Part shown: positions 9,492 to 18,651 of the stretch, piece after piece
How positions within the stretch are numbered: position 1 is the stretch's first letter
Layout of the letters: each line of letters starts with the position of its first letter
From: a virus
Taxonomy: Duplodnaviria; Caudoviricetes
IMG/VR virus record: IMGVR_UViG_3300030330_001508
Location: 1 to 41,358 of that record
DNA: 41,358 bases
Direction: 5' to 3' (one strand)
Notes under the pieces: model-generated
Database searches by the model: none
Told to the model about the DNA's origin: nothing
The model's input: the letters and a program-made list of their open reading frames with translations, nothing else
Program-made: the position numbers and the translations under genes

Positions 9492-11285
9492 ATGGCAAAT
9501 GGATTTGATTCAAGTAAAATAACTAGACAATTACGTAGTCCACGTAACTTATTAGAATTTGCTGACATATCTATACAACCACGTCAATCTACTACTGCTG
9601 AAGTAATAGCTAATACGTTAGATGATGCATTTGAACGTGCAAGTCAAACATATTTACAGGGTAAACAGTTAGATGCACAAGTACAGCAACAACAAATACA
9701 ATCTGATTTACGTAGAGAGCAACTAGATATAGAACAAAAACGTTATCAAAGAAGTGAAGATAAAGCAACTGATAATGTAATAGCTGGTTTTATAAAAGAT
9801 GAAAGTATAATGACAGAAGTAGGTAGAGAATCAATAGAAAAAATGATTAGTACAATAAATGACCCAAGACTTCAATCTCTTTATGACCAAAAATATAGTT
9901 CGGCTAAAATAACTGCAAATCATATATCTAAATATGAAGATGTGTTAAGTGGTAAAGAAATAAAAGAAATGGCTAGTGGTACATATACTGTAAACGGTGT
10001 AGAAAAATCGGGTTTAGAATTAATTAATGAATATTCTTCAATAGCTGATTCAGGTAGTGCGTTTTTTAATTTAGAAAAAAATAAAGTTTTAGAGTCTAGG
10101 ATTTCTAAATACTTAGCAAATCAAGAATATTATAATTTTGCTTACGGAAAATATGAAGACCCAAGTGGTGAAATAATTGACAAGTTAGATAGGTTGGGGA
10201 TGGATGAAGATAAAAAAAGAACATTTAGAGCATTAAACCCAGCTCAAGGAATGACATTTTTAAGAGAGCATTTAAGTAATAGAGGTTTAACTTTAGCACA
10301 AAGTTCTGAAGTAGAACGTATTGAAAAAAGAATAACTGGTATTAACAATACTATTTCAAAAAACAATCAAACAATGGCTTTAGAAAGTCAAAAACCAGAA
10401 CTTGTTACATCTTTAACAAACGACAATGCAACTTATAGAGATAGAATTAAAAATCTTGAAGATGATATAGATAAAATAATGGGATATAAACCAATTAAGA
10501 AAGGTAAAAAAGAAATATCTAAATCAGAAATAGTATCTAATAATATAAACTCATTTAAAAATTTAAACACAACAGAAAAACAATCTTTTTTACAAAATCA
10601 TCCTCAACTTAGTCAAATAAAAACTATTATAAATGATTACACTTCTCAAGATAAAAGTTTAAGCTTAACAAATCCTGAGTTTTTAGATAGTTTAAGTAAG
10701 ATTGGTGTATTTGATGATATAATTAAAACTACGCAAGGTTTTCCATCTATTTCTAATCAATCTGAAAACGTAGTACAAAAAGTAATAGAAGATGATAGTC
10801 CTGCTTTAGCTGACGTAGCAAGACCATCTATTCCCGTACCTACAAGTGCTGAACAATTCCAACCAACAGATGTTAATGTACCTAGCTTTGATGCAACATT
10901 TGATAATGTTCAAGAATTTCAAGAACCACTTGTTACGACTCCAAGAAATATTGAAGATAACCCAAATGAATATATAGCAAATAATCCTGTTACCGCTAGT
11001 GGAACAGTTAGTAAAGATATTAATAAGTTTTTAAAAGAAACAGAAAGACTTCAAAAGTTTAGAGATGAAGGTCAGTCTCAGGTAATTATTAACAATCAAA
11101 ATAAAAAAGTTAAAGAACTACAAAATAAAATAAAGAGTAGATTTTTTGGGTACATTAGCGGAGAAACAGGAAACTTTTCTAATCAAAATTATACTGATAA
11201 TTTTTATAATTCACTAAGTAGAAAGACAAAACAATCACCTCAAAGATTAAAAACTTTAATGCAAATAATAACAAGCAGTAGGTAA
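9492..11285 (+). CDS. Putative internal virion / ejection protein (597 aa)
   Basis: Coiled-coil and Q-rich N-terminus; synteny. Confidence 0.6.
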   Translation: MANGFDSSKITRQLRSPRNLLEFADISIQPRQSTTAEVIANTLDDAFERASQTYLQGKQLDAQVQQQQIQSDLRREQLDIEQKRYQRSEDKATDNVIAGFIKDESIMTEVGRESIEKMISTINDPRLQSLYDQKYSSAKITANHISKYEDVLSGKEIKEMASGTYTVNGVEKSGLELINEYSSIADSGSAFFNLEKNKVLESRISKYLANQEYYNFAYGKYEDPSGEIIDKLDRLGMDEDKKRTFRALNPAQGMTFLREHLSNRGLTLAQSSEVERIEKRITGINNTISKNNQTMALESQKPELVTSLTNDNATYRDRIKNLEDDIDKIMGYKPIKKGKKEISKSEIVSNNINSFKNLNTTEKQSFLQNHPQLSQIKTIINDYTSQDKSLSLTNPEFLDSLSKIGVFDDIIKTTQGFPSISNQSENVVQKVIEDDSPALADVARPSIPVPTSAEQFQPTDVNVPSFDATFDNVQEFQEPLVTTPRNIEDNPNEYIANNPVTASGTVSKDINKFLKETERLQKFRDEGQSQVIINNQNKKVKELQNKIKSRFFGYISGETGNFSNQNYTDNFYNSLSRKTKQSPQRLKTLMQIITSSR

Positions 11286-11292
11286 GTAATCT

Positions 11293-14200
11293 ATGGCAAA
11301 TGGAAACAATCTATTTGAAGGTATAAATATAATAGACGAACCTACTACAAATGTTAATTTGTTTGAAGGTATAAATATAATAGACGATGAAGAAGAATCT
11401 TTTGATTTATTTAAAGACATAAATTTAATAGAAGAGCCTACAAATTTATTAAATAATATTACGCAACAACAGATAGAAGAAGATGATAACTTTATACGTA
11501 ATGAAGAAGAAAAATTAAAACAAGACCCGGGTTTAACTAGACGTTTTGTTTCTAATTTTATTGAAGGTTTATCTCCTGTCCCTGTAGATGTAACATCTGA
11601 TTATCAAGACCCTGATACTCTTGGCGAAAAAGTTGCTGGTGTAGCAGGTCAAGTCGTTGGATTTGGTGCTGGTTTATTTGCAACAGGTGGAGTTCTTGGT
11701 GGATTAAAGATAGTTGGTACAGGAGCAAAAGCAACTAAAGCATTAGCTACAGCAAGTAAAGGTTACACAGAAGTAGCAAGACTACGTAAGATAGCAAAGA
11801 CTGCGAATACCGCAAAAGGTAAAGCTATATTCACAGGACGTGCGCTAAAACAAGAAGCTAAAATAGACGCAGCATTAGATGCTGCTGGTGTTATAAAAAA
11901 CAATTCATTACTTGGTAGGTCAGAAAACTATAGAAAGTTTATTACAAAAGTAGGTTCTGGTGAATACAGTATGGGTAAGTTTTTATCACGTGTTAAAGGA
12001 GCAAAAGCTTCTGCTGATGAAATGTCTATACGTGCTGCTAATACCATTGATTTAGGTATAAATAATTTAGTTGCGTCAGGTATTATGTTTCAAAAAACTA
12101 TACCATTACGTAATGAAGAGGGAGAAATAAATATCTCTGAAAGAATAACAAAGCCAATAGGCGATGCTTTTTTTATGACGTTAGGTGGTTTGCCTAGAGT
12201 TTTAGGTGCGGGCAAGATAGGAAGTCTTTCACTTAATAGTAAAAGCGGAAAAGCTGTTGAGGCTGGAATAGTATTTAGTACTGGTGTAGGTGCATCTTTA
12301 TCTGGCGTAGGAAGTACTGGTAAAAAAGGTAATGAAACTACAACAATGGATAACCTAATTGATGGTGCTATTTTTACAGCAGCTCATTATATTGGAGTAG
12401 GTGCAGATAACTTACGTGTAAAACAATTAGTAAAAGATGGTATATCTACTGCACTTAGTGATAAATCTACGTCTAAAAAATTAATGAATGCATTAAACGT
12501 AGATGAAATAAAGTTATTATTAGCTACAAAAAGACCAGAGTATTTACGTAATAGATTTATAGGCAAAGCTGGTGGTGGTAAAAGTAATCAGTTAGTACAG
12601 CTTCAAACAATTAAAGAAGCCAAAGGTGGCGGTCAAAGACTTTCGTATACAATATTAAAAGACAAAGATGATTTATCTGGTAAAACTATATCTATTACAG
12701 GAGATACAAAACAGGAAGTATTAAATCAATTTTATAAAGATTTTAAAAGTGTAATACCTGACACTAAAAAAATATCTAGGTCTTACTTTAAAAAGAATCC
12801 TTTTAATTTAAAGACTGGTAATGAATTAAAAACACTAAGCCCAGAATCATATAAAGAACATCAAAGCTTAGTTAGTTCTATATCAAAACTAGAAGCAGAT
12901 TTAGGTATAGGTAAGAAAGAATCATTTAGTTTAAAACGTTCTGGCTTTACTAGGTCTTACGGTAAAACAGATAGGATGACAATAGAAGAATTAACTACGT
13001 ATAAACAAATGTTAAAGCCTAAATTAAAAATAAAAAATATTCAGAGAGCAAAGCTAGATGAGGTTTTACCATTTAATATATCAGATGATTTCTTTAAAAA
13101 CAAAAACACATTTAACGCAATTAGAAAATATGCGTTTAGTCCCGAAGCAAACTTTAGACAGTTCGGAGTAGCAGGACAAGAACTATCTAAGAAGGTTACT
13201 GACTATGCTATTACTAAAAATTTAGTAAGAGGTATGTTTAGTAAATTTGCAAATGATACTAAGGCATCTTTTAAACTAGGTAAAAAAGAATTTGATAATA
13301 TAACTGGTGCATTAGGTGATGAGAAAATAGCTTTACTTGCAGACCCAAATAAAATAAAAAATATAAAAGACGTAGGTGATTTAAAAAATCAAGCTAGAAA
13401 TTTCTTTGATGAGTTAGTAGTAGAGTACGCACGTAATGGTGGACAAATAAAAGTTGGTACTAAAAAATTTAAAAACTTCTTATCTATATATGATAAGCAA
13501 GGTAATATAATAAAAGTTTCTGAAGATTCTTTTGACAATGGTGATGTATTAAAAATATTACAACGTAAAGGAAGTAAAGTAAAAAATACAGATGGTAAAA
13601 TTGTAAACGTAGATTATGATTTAACATTTAAAAACTCTGCTTATGTAGAAGATTATGTACCTTATTTATTATCAGAAAAAGCTAAAAAGATTTTAAAAAC
13701 AAACGAGTCTTCTTTCACAACTAAGTTAAGAACTGCTCTCAAAAGAGCAAATCCAGATGCATCAAAAGATGAAATAGATGAAGTAGTAGGTGCTTATATT
13801 ACATTTTCAGACCCTAATAAACCATTAGGAATATTAGATACTAGAAAAGTAGACATCCCACCTTATATGTTATTAGAAAAAGGTACAGGTAAAGTAATAC
13901 AATTAGATGAATTACCTAATGTAAATACATTTAAAAAGGGTCAGTCTATTGTAGATGCTGATAATCAATCAAGAGTAATAGGTGACGTAGTAGAATTATA
14001 TGAAAAAGATTTTAGTAAGATACTAGATTTTTATGGTAATAAAATGGCTAATGCTATATCATTAGCTAGAAATTTTGACGTAGATGGTGCTAGTGGTAAG
14101 GTTGCAAGAAGATTTATAGGTGCTATAGAAAGAGAAAGTAAACTAAAAGGTATTGATGGAGCATCTGATTATACAGATACTACTTTAAAATTATTATTAA

Positions 14201-15804
14201 GCGGTGAAGCAGAGACATCATTTACAGGATTTGGTAGAGGTTTAACTACTACAATTTCTAGTGCGTATCTTTCTGGACCTTCTGCTGCAATTAAAAACTT
14301 TCTTACTGGTCAAGTACAAAACCTTACGTCAGTAGGTACAATAAAATTATTAAAATCTTATTCTAATTACGTAAGAAATAAAAATGTATATAAAGATTTA
14401 GCTAGAAATATAGGTGCTACGTCAGATTCTATTGATGAGTTATTTTTAACTAAAGGTAAACTAAACCCTGCGTTTTTGTTTAGAAATGTTGAAAGATTAA
14501 ATAGAAGAACATCTGTTGCAGTAGCTGACGTAACAATGAGAGATTCTTTTGAAACATTGTTAAGCAGTAAACAAAGTTCTTTAATAAAAAACACCAGAGA
14601 AGCCAGAAGGATATTAAAAGATGCAATAAATCTAGATGGTGAGGACATAGATTATATGCTATCAGAATTGAAAAAGAGAAAAAAGTTTGGTGATAAAGCA
14701 TTTGACCTAGCAATGAATGATAAAAGGTTTGAGGAGATTTACCAGCGAGGGCTTTTTAAATCTCAGGCTGCGACTCAGGGTGTAACCCAACTCCCATACA
14801 TACCTACGTGGATGGCAAAAAATAACGTAAAGCCACTTACGTTGTTTTATAGAACTGCGTACAGAGTTACAGAAAATACGTACAATAATGCAGTAAAACC
14901 TTTTATTGTGGATGGTAATCCTTTCCCGCTTTTCAGGTTCGCTGCTGGGAGTACATTAACGGGAGCTGCACTATATAATTTATATTATGAAAATGCTCTT
15001 GGTAAAGATTTGATTGGCAAAGATTTCAAAAAAGTTCCAATGCAATTATTTGATTATGCGGTTAGGGGTGAGGCTCTTGGTTTATTGAGTAATGTGTTTG
15101 ATGGATATGGTGGGGTGATAGATTCTTATGTGCCAGTACCAGTTGAATTTGTATCAGAGTTTATAAACTATGGTATGAGTCTTTCAGAAATAAAAGACCT
15201 TGACGTAGCTGTAAAAGGCACAATAGATTATGCTACAAAACAAGTTACGTTATTTAAACAAGTTTCTGATTTTTATAAAGAAAAAAATAATGATATTAAT
15301 AAACAGTTTGATGACCAAAGAAGATTGCAGTTTAAATTTTTAGATAATTACCAACAGTTTAAAAACAAAGAACAAAGGTCGGGACTTGAAGCCGTATTAA
15401 AAAAAGGTGAGTTTACTGATAAGCAATTTTACTTTAAGTTCTTATCGCAATCTTTAATAGCAGGTGATGATAAATATTTTGAAAAAGATTTTTTAAAGAC
15501 TAGAGCTTTTTTAGAACACAAATTAGCTAAAACTAAAGCATCTAGAAATGAAAATTTTTATAAACGTACAATAAGAAATGAAGTGCATTCTAATATAAAA
15601 TCTAGTTTAAAGCAAAGATTAAGACCGTATCCCGAAAAATGGGATGACATAGTAATGGGTAAAAAATTTTCAGACCAATATAAAGAATCTTTATCTACCG
15701 ACAATAGAAAGAAGGTAGAAAATCTTATGAAGATATACGAAGATAGAATGCGTTTATTAGATAATGTTATGCGTAATAATTATTTAAAATTTGATAGTTT
15801 TTAA
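11293..15804 (+). CDS. Large internal virion / DNA-ejection protein (1503 aa)
   Basis: Largest ORF and last late gene; acidic N-terminal repeats, Gly/Ala-rich membrane-like helices. Confidence 0.7.
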   Translation: MANGNNLFEGINIIDEPTTNVNLFEGINIIDDEEESFDLFKDINLIEEPTNLLNNITQQQIEEDDNFIRNEEEKLKQDPGLTRRFVSNFIEGLSPVPVDVTSDYQDPDTLGEKVAGVAGQVVGFGAGLFATGGVLGGLKIVGTGAKATKALATASKGYTEVARLRKIAKTANTAKGKAIFTGRALKQEAKIDAALDAAGVIKNNSLLGRSENYRKFITKVGSGEYSMGKFLSRVKGAKASADEMSIRAANTIDLGINNLVASGIMFQKTIPLRNEEGEINISERITKPIGDAFFMTLGGLPRVLGAGKIGSLSLNSKSGKAVEAGIVFSTGVGASLSGVGSTGKKGNETTTMDNLIDGAIFTAAHYIGVGADNLRVKQLVKDGISTALSDKSTSKKLMNALNVDEIKLLLATKRPEYLRNRFIGKAGGGKSNQLVQLQTIKEAKGGGQRLSYTILKDKDDLSGKTISITGDTKQEVLNQFYKDFKSVIPDTKKISRSYFKKNPFNLKTGNELKTLSPESYKEHQSLVSSISKLEADLGIGKKESFSLKRSGFTRSYGKTDRMTIEELTTYKQMLKPKLKIKNIQRAKLDEVLPFNISDDFFKNKNTFNAIRKYAFSPEANFRQFGVAGQELSKKVTDYAITKNLVRGMFSKFANDTKASFKLGKKEFDNITGALGDEKIALLADPNKIKNIKDVGDLKNQARNFFDELVVEYARNGGQIKVGTKKFKNFLSIYDKQGNIIKVSEDSFDNGDVLKILQRKGSKVKNTDGKIVNVDYDLTFKNSAYVEDYVPYLLSEKAKKILKTNESSFTTKLRTALKRANPDASKDEIDEVVGAYITFSDPNKPLGILDTRKVDIPPYMLLEKGTGKVIQLDELPNVNTFKKGQSIVDADNQSRVIGDVVELYEKDFSKILDFYGNKMANAISLARNFDVDGASGKVARRFIGAIERESKLKGIDGASDYTDTTLKLLLSGEAETSFTGFGRGLTTTISSAYLSGPSAAIKNFLTGQVQNLTSVGTIKLLKSYSNYVRNKNVYKDLARNIGATSDSIDELFLTKGKLNPAFLFRNVERLNRRTSVAVADVTMRDSFETLLSSKQSSLIKNTREARRILKDAINLDGEDIDYMLSELKKRKKFGDKAFDLAMNDKRFEEIYQRGLFKSQAATQGVTQLPYIPTWMAKNNVKPLTLFYRTAYRVTENTYNNAVKPFIVDGNPFPLFRFAAGSTLTGAALYNLYYENALGKDLIGKDFKKVPMQLFDYAVRGEALGLLSNVFDGYGGVIDSYVPVPVEFVSEFINYGMSLSEIKDLDVAVKGTIDYATKQVTLFKQVSDFYKEKNNDINKQFDDQRRLQFKFLDNYQQFKNKEQRSGLEAVLKKGEFTDKQFYFKFLSQSLIAGDDKYFEKDFLKTRAFLEHKLAKTKASRNENFYKRTIRNEVHSNIKSSLKQRLRPYPEKWDDIVMGKKFSDQYKESLSTDNRKKVENLMKIYEDRMRLLDNVMRNNYLKFDSF
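11305..11440 (+). repeat. Three tandem acidic peptide repeats (NLFEGINIIDE / NLFEGINIIDD / DLFKDINLIEE)
   Basis: TTTGAAGGTATAAATATAATAGACGA occurs twice, plus a diverged third copy. Confidence 0.85.
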
Positions 15805-16226
15805 AGAACTTCAAACTCATATACTGAACTTGAAGACCTTAATATATTTAGGTCTAAGTAACCTACAAACTTTACAATTTTTTCCTTATCATCAAACTCT
15901 GTTTGCTTTGGCATCTCTTTATACTGCCACTTGTAATCGTATTTCTCTTTATTTAAACTTGTAATATTATATATTACTATACGTTTACCCGAAGCTACTA
16001 CGTATAAAAATTTTCTATCAGTAATGTGTGCATACCAACTATTGTAAGAAAACTTATCAAACTCTATTAACTGCTTATCGTACCAATCTTTTCTGTGCTT
16101 TACTTCTACAATGCAATAATCATTGAATGCATCAAACCTTTCGTATTCAAAATTACTTAACATTAATGTTGATTTAGGAAACCTTTGATTATATCTTTCT
16201 ATTATTTTCTTTTCTATTTCTTTCAT
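15801..16226 (-). CDS. PD-(D/E)XK-family nuclease-like protein
   Basis: FDA....IVEVKHR motif; SD GAGGA. Confidence 0.65.
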   Translation of the reverse strand: MKEIEKKIIERYNQRFPKSTLMLSNFEYERFDAFNDYCIVEVKHRKDWYDKQLIEFDKFSYNSWYAHITDRKFLYVVASGKRIVIYNITSLNKEKYDYKWQYKEMPKQTEFDDKEKIVKFVGYLDLNILRSSSSVYEFEVL

Positions 16227-16238
16227 TGTTTGTTCCTC

Positions 16239-16670
16239 TTAAAATGGTGCTTTTAAAAAATTTTTATAAAAATTAATTTTTTTTACTTGATTATTTTTTG
16301 GCTTATTAACTGCAAAAGCAACTGTATATTTTTCAGTTTTTCTATTATTTTTATACCAAATTATTTTTGTTTTTTTATTTATATGTAATGGTGTAGCAAT
16401 CCAATCTGCTATTGTTGGTAATATTCTTACTTGAATTGAAGCTTGATTTGTAAATGCTGTATGGTACTTTACTTGTATACTTGTGTACTTACCATATTTT
16501 TCTACTAATAAATCCACACCAAAGTCGTCTACTACGGGTGTATAAACACGTAAGTTTTTTCGTAAAAGATAATCAGATACAATCTCTTGCCCAATATAAC
16601 CTTTACGTGTTGTGCTTATTTTAATAGGGTTCAAGCAGTTCTTTCTACTTACTTTGCGCCAACCAAGCAA
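16239..16670 (-). CDS. PD-(D/E)XK endonuclease (group-I-intron-associated/PDDEXK_5-like)
   Basis: KGYIGQEIV..YL...VYTPVVDDFGVDLLV......IQVK; true start may be downstream. Confidence 0.75.
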   Translation of the reverse strand: MLGWRKVSRKNCLNPIKISTTRKGYIGQEIVSDYLLRKNLRVYTPVVDDFGVDLLVEKYGKYTSIQVKYHTAFTNQASIQVRILPTIADWIATPLHINKKTKIIWYKNNRKTEKYTVAFAVNKPKNNQVKKINFYKNFLKAPF

Positions 16671-16952
16671 TTAGCTTTCATTTTCTTGAACCCTACATTT
16701 AGGGCATATCTCTCTTATTTTTCCTATTGTAGGAAAGTCATCATAATAATTATAACTAGTAACAGTTTTTTTATTTGAAGTTTTTTTGCAAGACTCCCAA
16801 ACTTTTTTACAAAAATTACATAATTTTAATCTATTATCAGTACGTTTTGAATCCCAAGTATGTACCTTCTTTATATACTTATCTCTTATAGTAGGGTCTT
16901 GCTTAACTCTATCTTGAAAATTTTTAATTTTAGGTGGATGATTTACGTTCAT
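16671..16952 (-). CDS. Small zinc-finger protein
   Basis: CNFC...CPKC; SD AAGGA. Confidence 0.65.
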   Translation of the reverse strand: MNVNHPPKIKNFQDRVKQDPTIRDKYIKKVHTWDSKRTDNRLKLCNFCKKVWESCKKTSNKKTVTSYNYYDDFPTIGKIREICPKCRVQENES

Positions 16953-16968
16953 ATTAATCCTTAATTAC

Positions 16969-17037
16969 GTAGCCTACAGTCCATACGGAGGTAAGACACA
17001 TACGGTATGTAGAAGAGGAGTGATGACTGTAGGCTAC
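16969..17037 (-). ncRNA. Intergenic stem-loop A: perfect 13-bp stem, 43-nt interior with anti-SD segments
   Basis: GTAGCCTACAGTC (16969-81) / GACTGTAGGCTAC (17025-37); interior on the transcript includes ACUCCUCUUCU and UUACCUCCGUAUG. Confidence 0.6.
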
Positions 17038-17048
17038 TTATCTTTTAT

Positions 17049-17276
17049 TTAAAATGGTACATCATCAGATTGTTGTTTCTGAGACTCTTCTTGTTTCTCT
17101 GAAACTTTTACTGATAAGTATTTCATACCTTTAGCTGATGTGTTTGACCAAGCTGATAACCTATAGTCTTTACCTTCTACGTTTACGACTCCCGTCATAT
17201 TAGGTCTGTTATCACCTTCTTCTTTGGTGTTGTTTGGAAACAATGCACCCGAGTTTGTATTATCATAGTCTGACAT
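17049..17276 (-). CDS. Small ssDNA-binding protein (DUF736-like)
   Basis: NSGALFPN..RPNMTG.VNVEG.DYRLSAW..KYLS and acidic tail DDVPF. Confidence 0.75.
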   Translation of the reverse strand: MSDYDNTNSGALFPNNTKEEGDNRPNMTGVVNVEGKDYRLSAWSNTSAKGMKYLSVKVSEKQEESQKQQSDDVPF

Positions 17277-17277
17277 A

Positions 17278-17523
17278 CTAACTTCCTTTCTGTTTTACGT
17301 TCGTTTCTGGAGCAATACGCTTAGTATTTTTAAGCCAATATTTTTTTACATCCTCATCATTACTAGAGTGTTTTGTAAAATAACAAAGTGAGCTCCCTTC
17401 ATTGTTGCTTATTAAAGTACCCTCTAAACCACCTTCTGTGACAAAGGACATACCTTCTTCTAAGTTTTTTAAAAATTTATAACCTTTAATTGGTTTACGT
17501 TTTTGTTTTGTATTTATCTTAAT
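17278..17523 (-). CDS. Hypothetical protein, start uncertain (ATT at 17523 or ATG at 17451)
   Basis: 86-codon open frame 17535-17278 filling the intergenic gap (KPIKGYKFLKNLEEGMSFVTEGGLEGTLIS...); missing from the ORF track. Confidence 0.6.
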   Translation of the reverse strand: MKINTKQKRKPIKGYKFLKNLEEGMSFVTEGGLEGTLISNNEGSSLCYFTKHSSNDEDVKKYWLKNTKRIAPETNVKQKGS

Positions 17524-17528
17524 ATCAT

Positions 17529-17816
17529 TTACCTCCTACCTCCAATTTCTACTTTTTGACTACTAACTAATTTAAATATTAATTTTTCTTCATTATTGTC
17601 TGTTTTAATAATTTTGTCTACATATATTTCTTCAAGAGCCATAGGGTAATCTTCAAACCAAAGTGGTGTTATGTGTTCACATCCTTTATTAGTCTTATCT
17701 GCTACACAAGCATTTACTATTGATGGCTTTACTAATTTACCATCTAGAGTTCCACCAACATATACAACTTTATCTTTTACAGTATATCTTTTTGTTTTTT
17801 TATTTTTTTCTAACAT
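17529..17816 (-). CDS. Hypothetical protein
   Basis: 95 aa, VVYVGGTLDG; in operon. Confidence 0.6.
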   Translation of the reverse strand: MLEKNKKTKRYTVKDKVVYVGGTLDGKLVKPSIVNACVADKTNKGCEHITPLWFEDYPMALEEIYVDKIIKTDNNEEKLIFKLVSSQKVEIGGRR

Positions 17817-17829
17817 ACCTTATCCTAAT

Positions 17830-18081
17830 TTAATACTTATATTCTATATCGTCACCCGAATTTTTTATTTTATTTTTTGTGTATTCGTGTATCTGAAGTA
17901 TCCTAGCGGCTACGTAAACACAACAATCAAGTATTTCCTCTAGTGCTTCTACGTTCCAATTTCTACCATCGTGTATATCCATTGCACCACCATATTGTTT
18001 TTTGCCTTTTTTTAGTCTTTCTTTTATGAGATTAATAATGTCTTCATTATAATTTTTCTTATCATCTACTATTAGTTTCAT
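17830..18081 (-). CDS. All-alpha NTP pyrophosphohydrolase (MazG-like) protein
   Basis: ERLKKGKKQYG...EALEEILDCCVY (EExxD helix). Confidence 0.55.
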   Translation of the reverse strand: MKLIVDDKKNYNEDIINLIKERLKKGKKQYGGAMDIHDGRNWNVEALEEILDCCVYVAARILQIHEYTKNKIKNSGDDIEYKY

Positions 18082-18443
18082 TCTTCCTCCGTTACTATTT
18101 TTAACATAAGTAAAAATCTATCTAGTGGTAGTGAAATCATAGGGGGCATACGTTCACCTCTGAACACAACACCTATCTCTTCTTTTTCGGGCATTAAATA
18201 TGTAGGTATTCTTTTCCTACGCTTACAACCATAGAACTCACCTTGTATTTCTACATCGCCTTTCTCGTGCATTGCACCACCTCTATCTCTGTTGTGCGCT
18301 TCTAACCCTAATTCTCTACACTTATTAACTAATAGACGTTGCAGTTCTGCACCACGTTGTCTATTTCTTCTACCTCGCCTTACGTTATTCGCAGACTTTG
18401 CACGTTTGTTCTTTAACGCTTTCTTCTGTATAAATGGGGGCAT
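18078..18443 (-). CDS. Holliday junction resolvase (Hjc-like PD-(D/E)XK)
   Basis: RNRQRGAELQR...GDV......GCKRRK...LDRFL pattern. Confidence 0.7.
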   Translation of the reverse strand: MPPFIQKKALKNKRAKSANNVRRGRRNRQRGAELQRLLVNKCRELGLEAHNRDRGGAMHEKGDVEIQGEFYGCKRRKRIPTYLMPEKEEIGVVFRGERMPPMISLPLDRFLLMLKIVTEEE

Positions 18444-18651
18444 CGTATGTAACCTCTCTTTTCTTTAGTTTATTTTCTTCAATTTTTTTAACATCACTTT
18501 TTATCTTTTTAAAATCCTCAAATAAATCATTGACTCTATCTTTTATTACGGGAACAGAATCAGATTGTATTTTAAACCTACGTAAAGATTCTACTATAAT
18601 ATTGAGTTCAGATTTAGTTATCTTAACTTTAAAAGAAAATTCTTTAGTCAT
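18385..18651 (-). CDS. Hypothetical protein
   Basis: 88 aa; overlaps dnaB stop; SD GAGGAG. Confidence 0.6.
   Translation of the reverse strand: MTKEFSFKVKITKSELNIIVESLRRFKIQSDSVPVIKDRVNDLFEDFKKIKSDVKKIEENKLKKREVTYDAPIYTEESVKEQTCKVCE

Noticed and set aside
14710-14955. 82-codon stop-free antisense frame within the GC3 anomaly
   Set aside because: No suitable start or SD near its 5' end and the translation is unconvincing.
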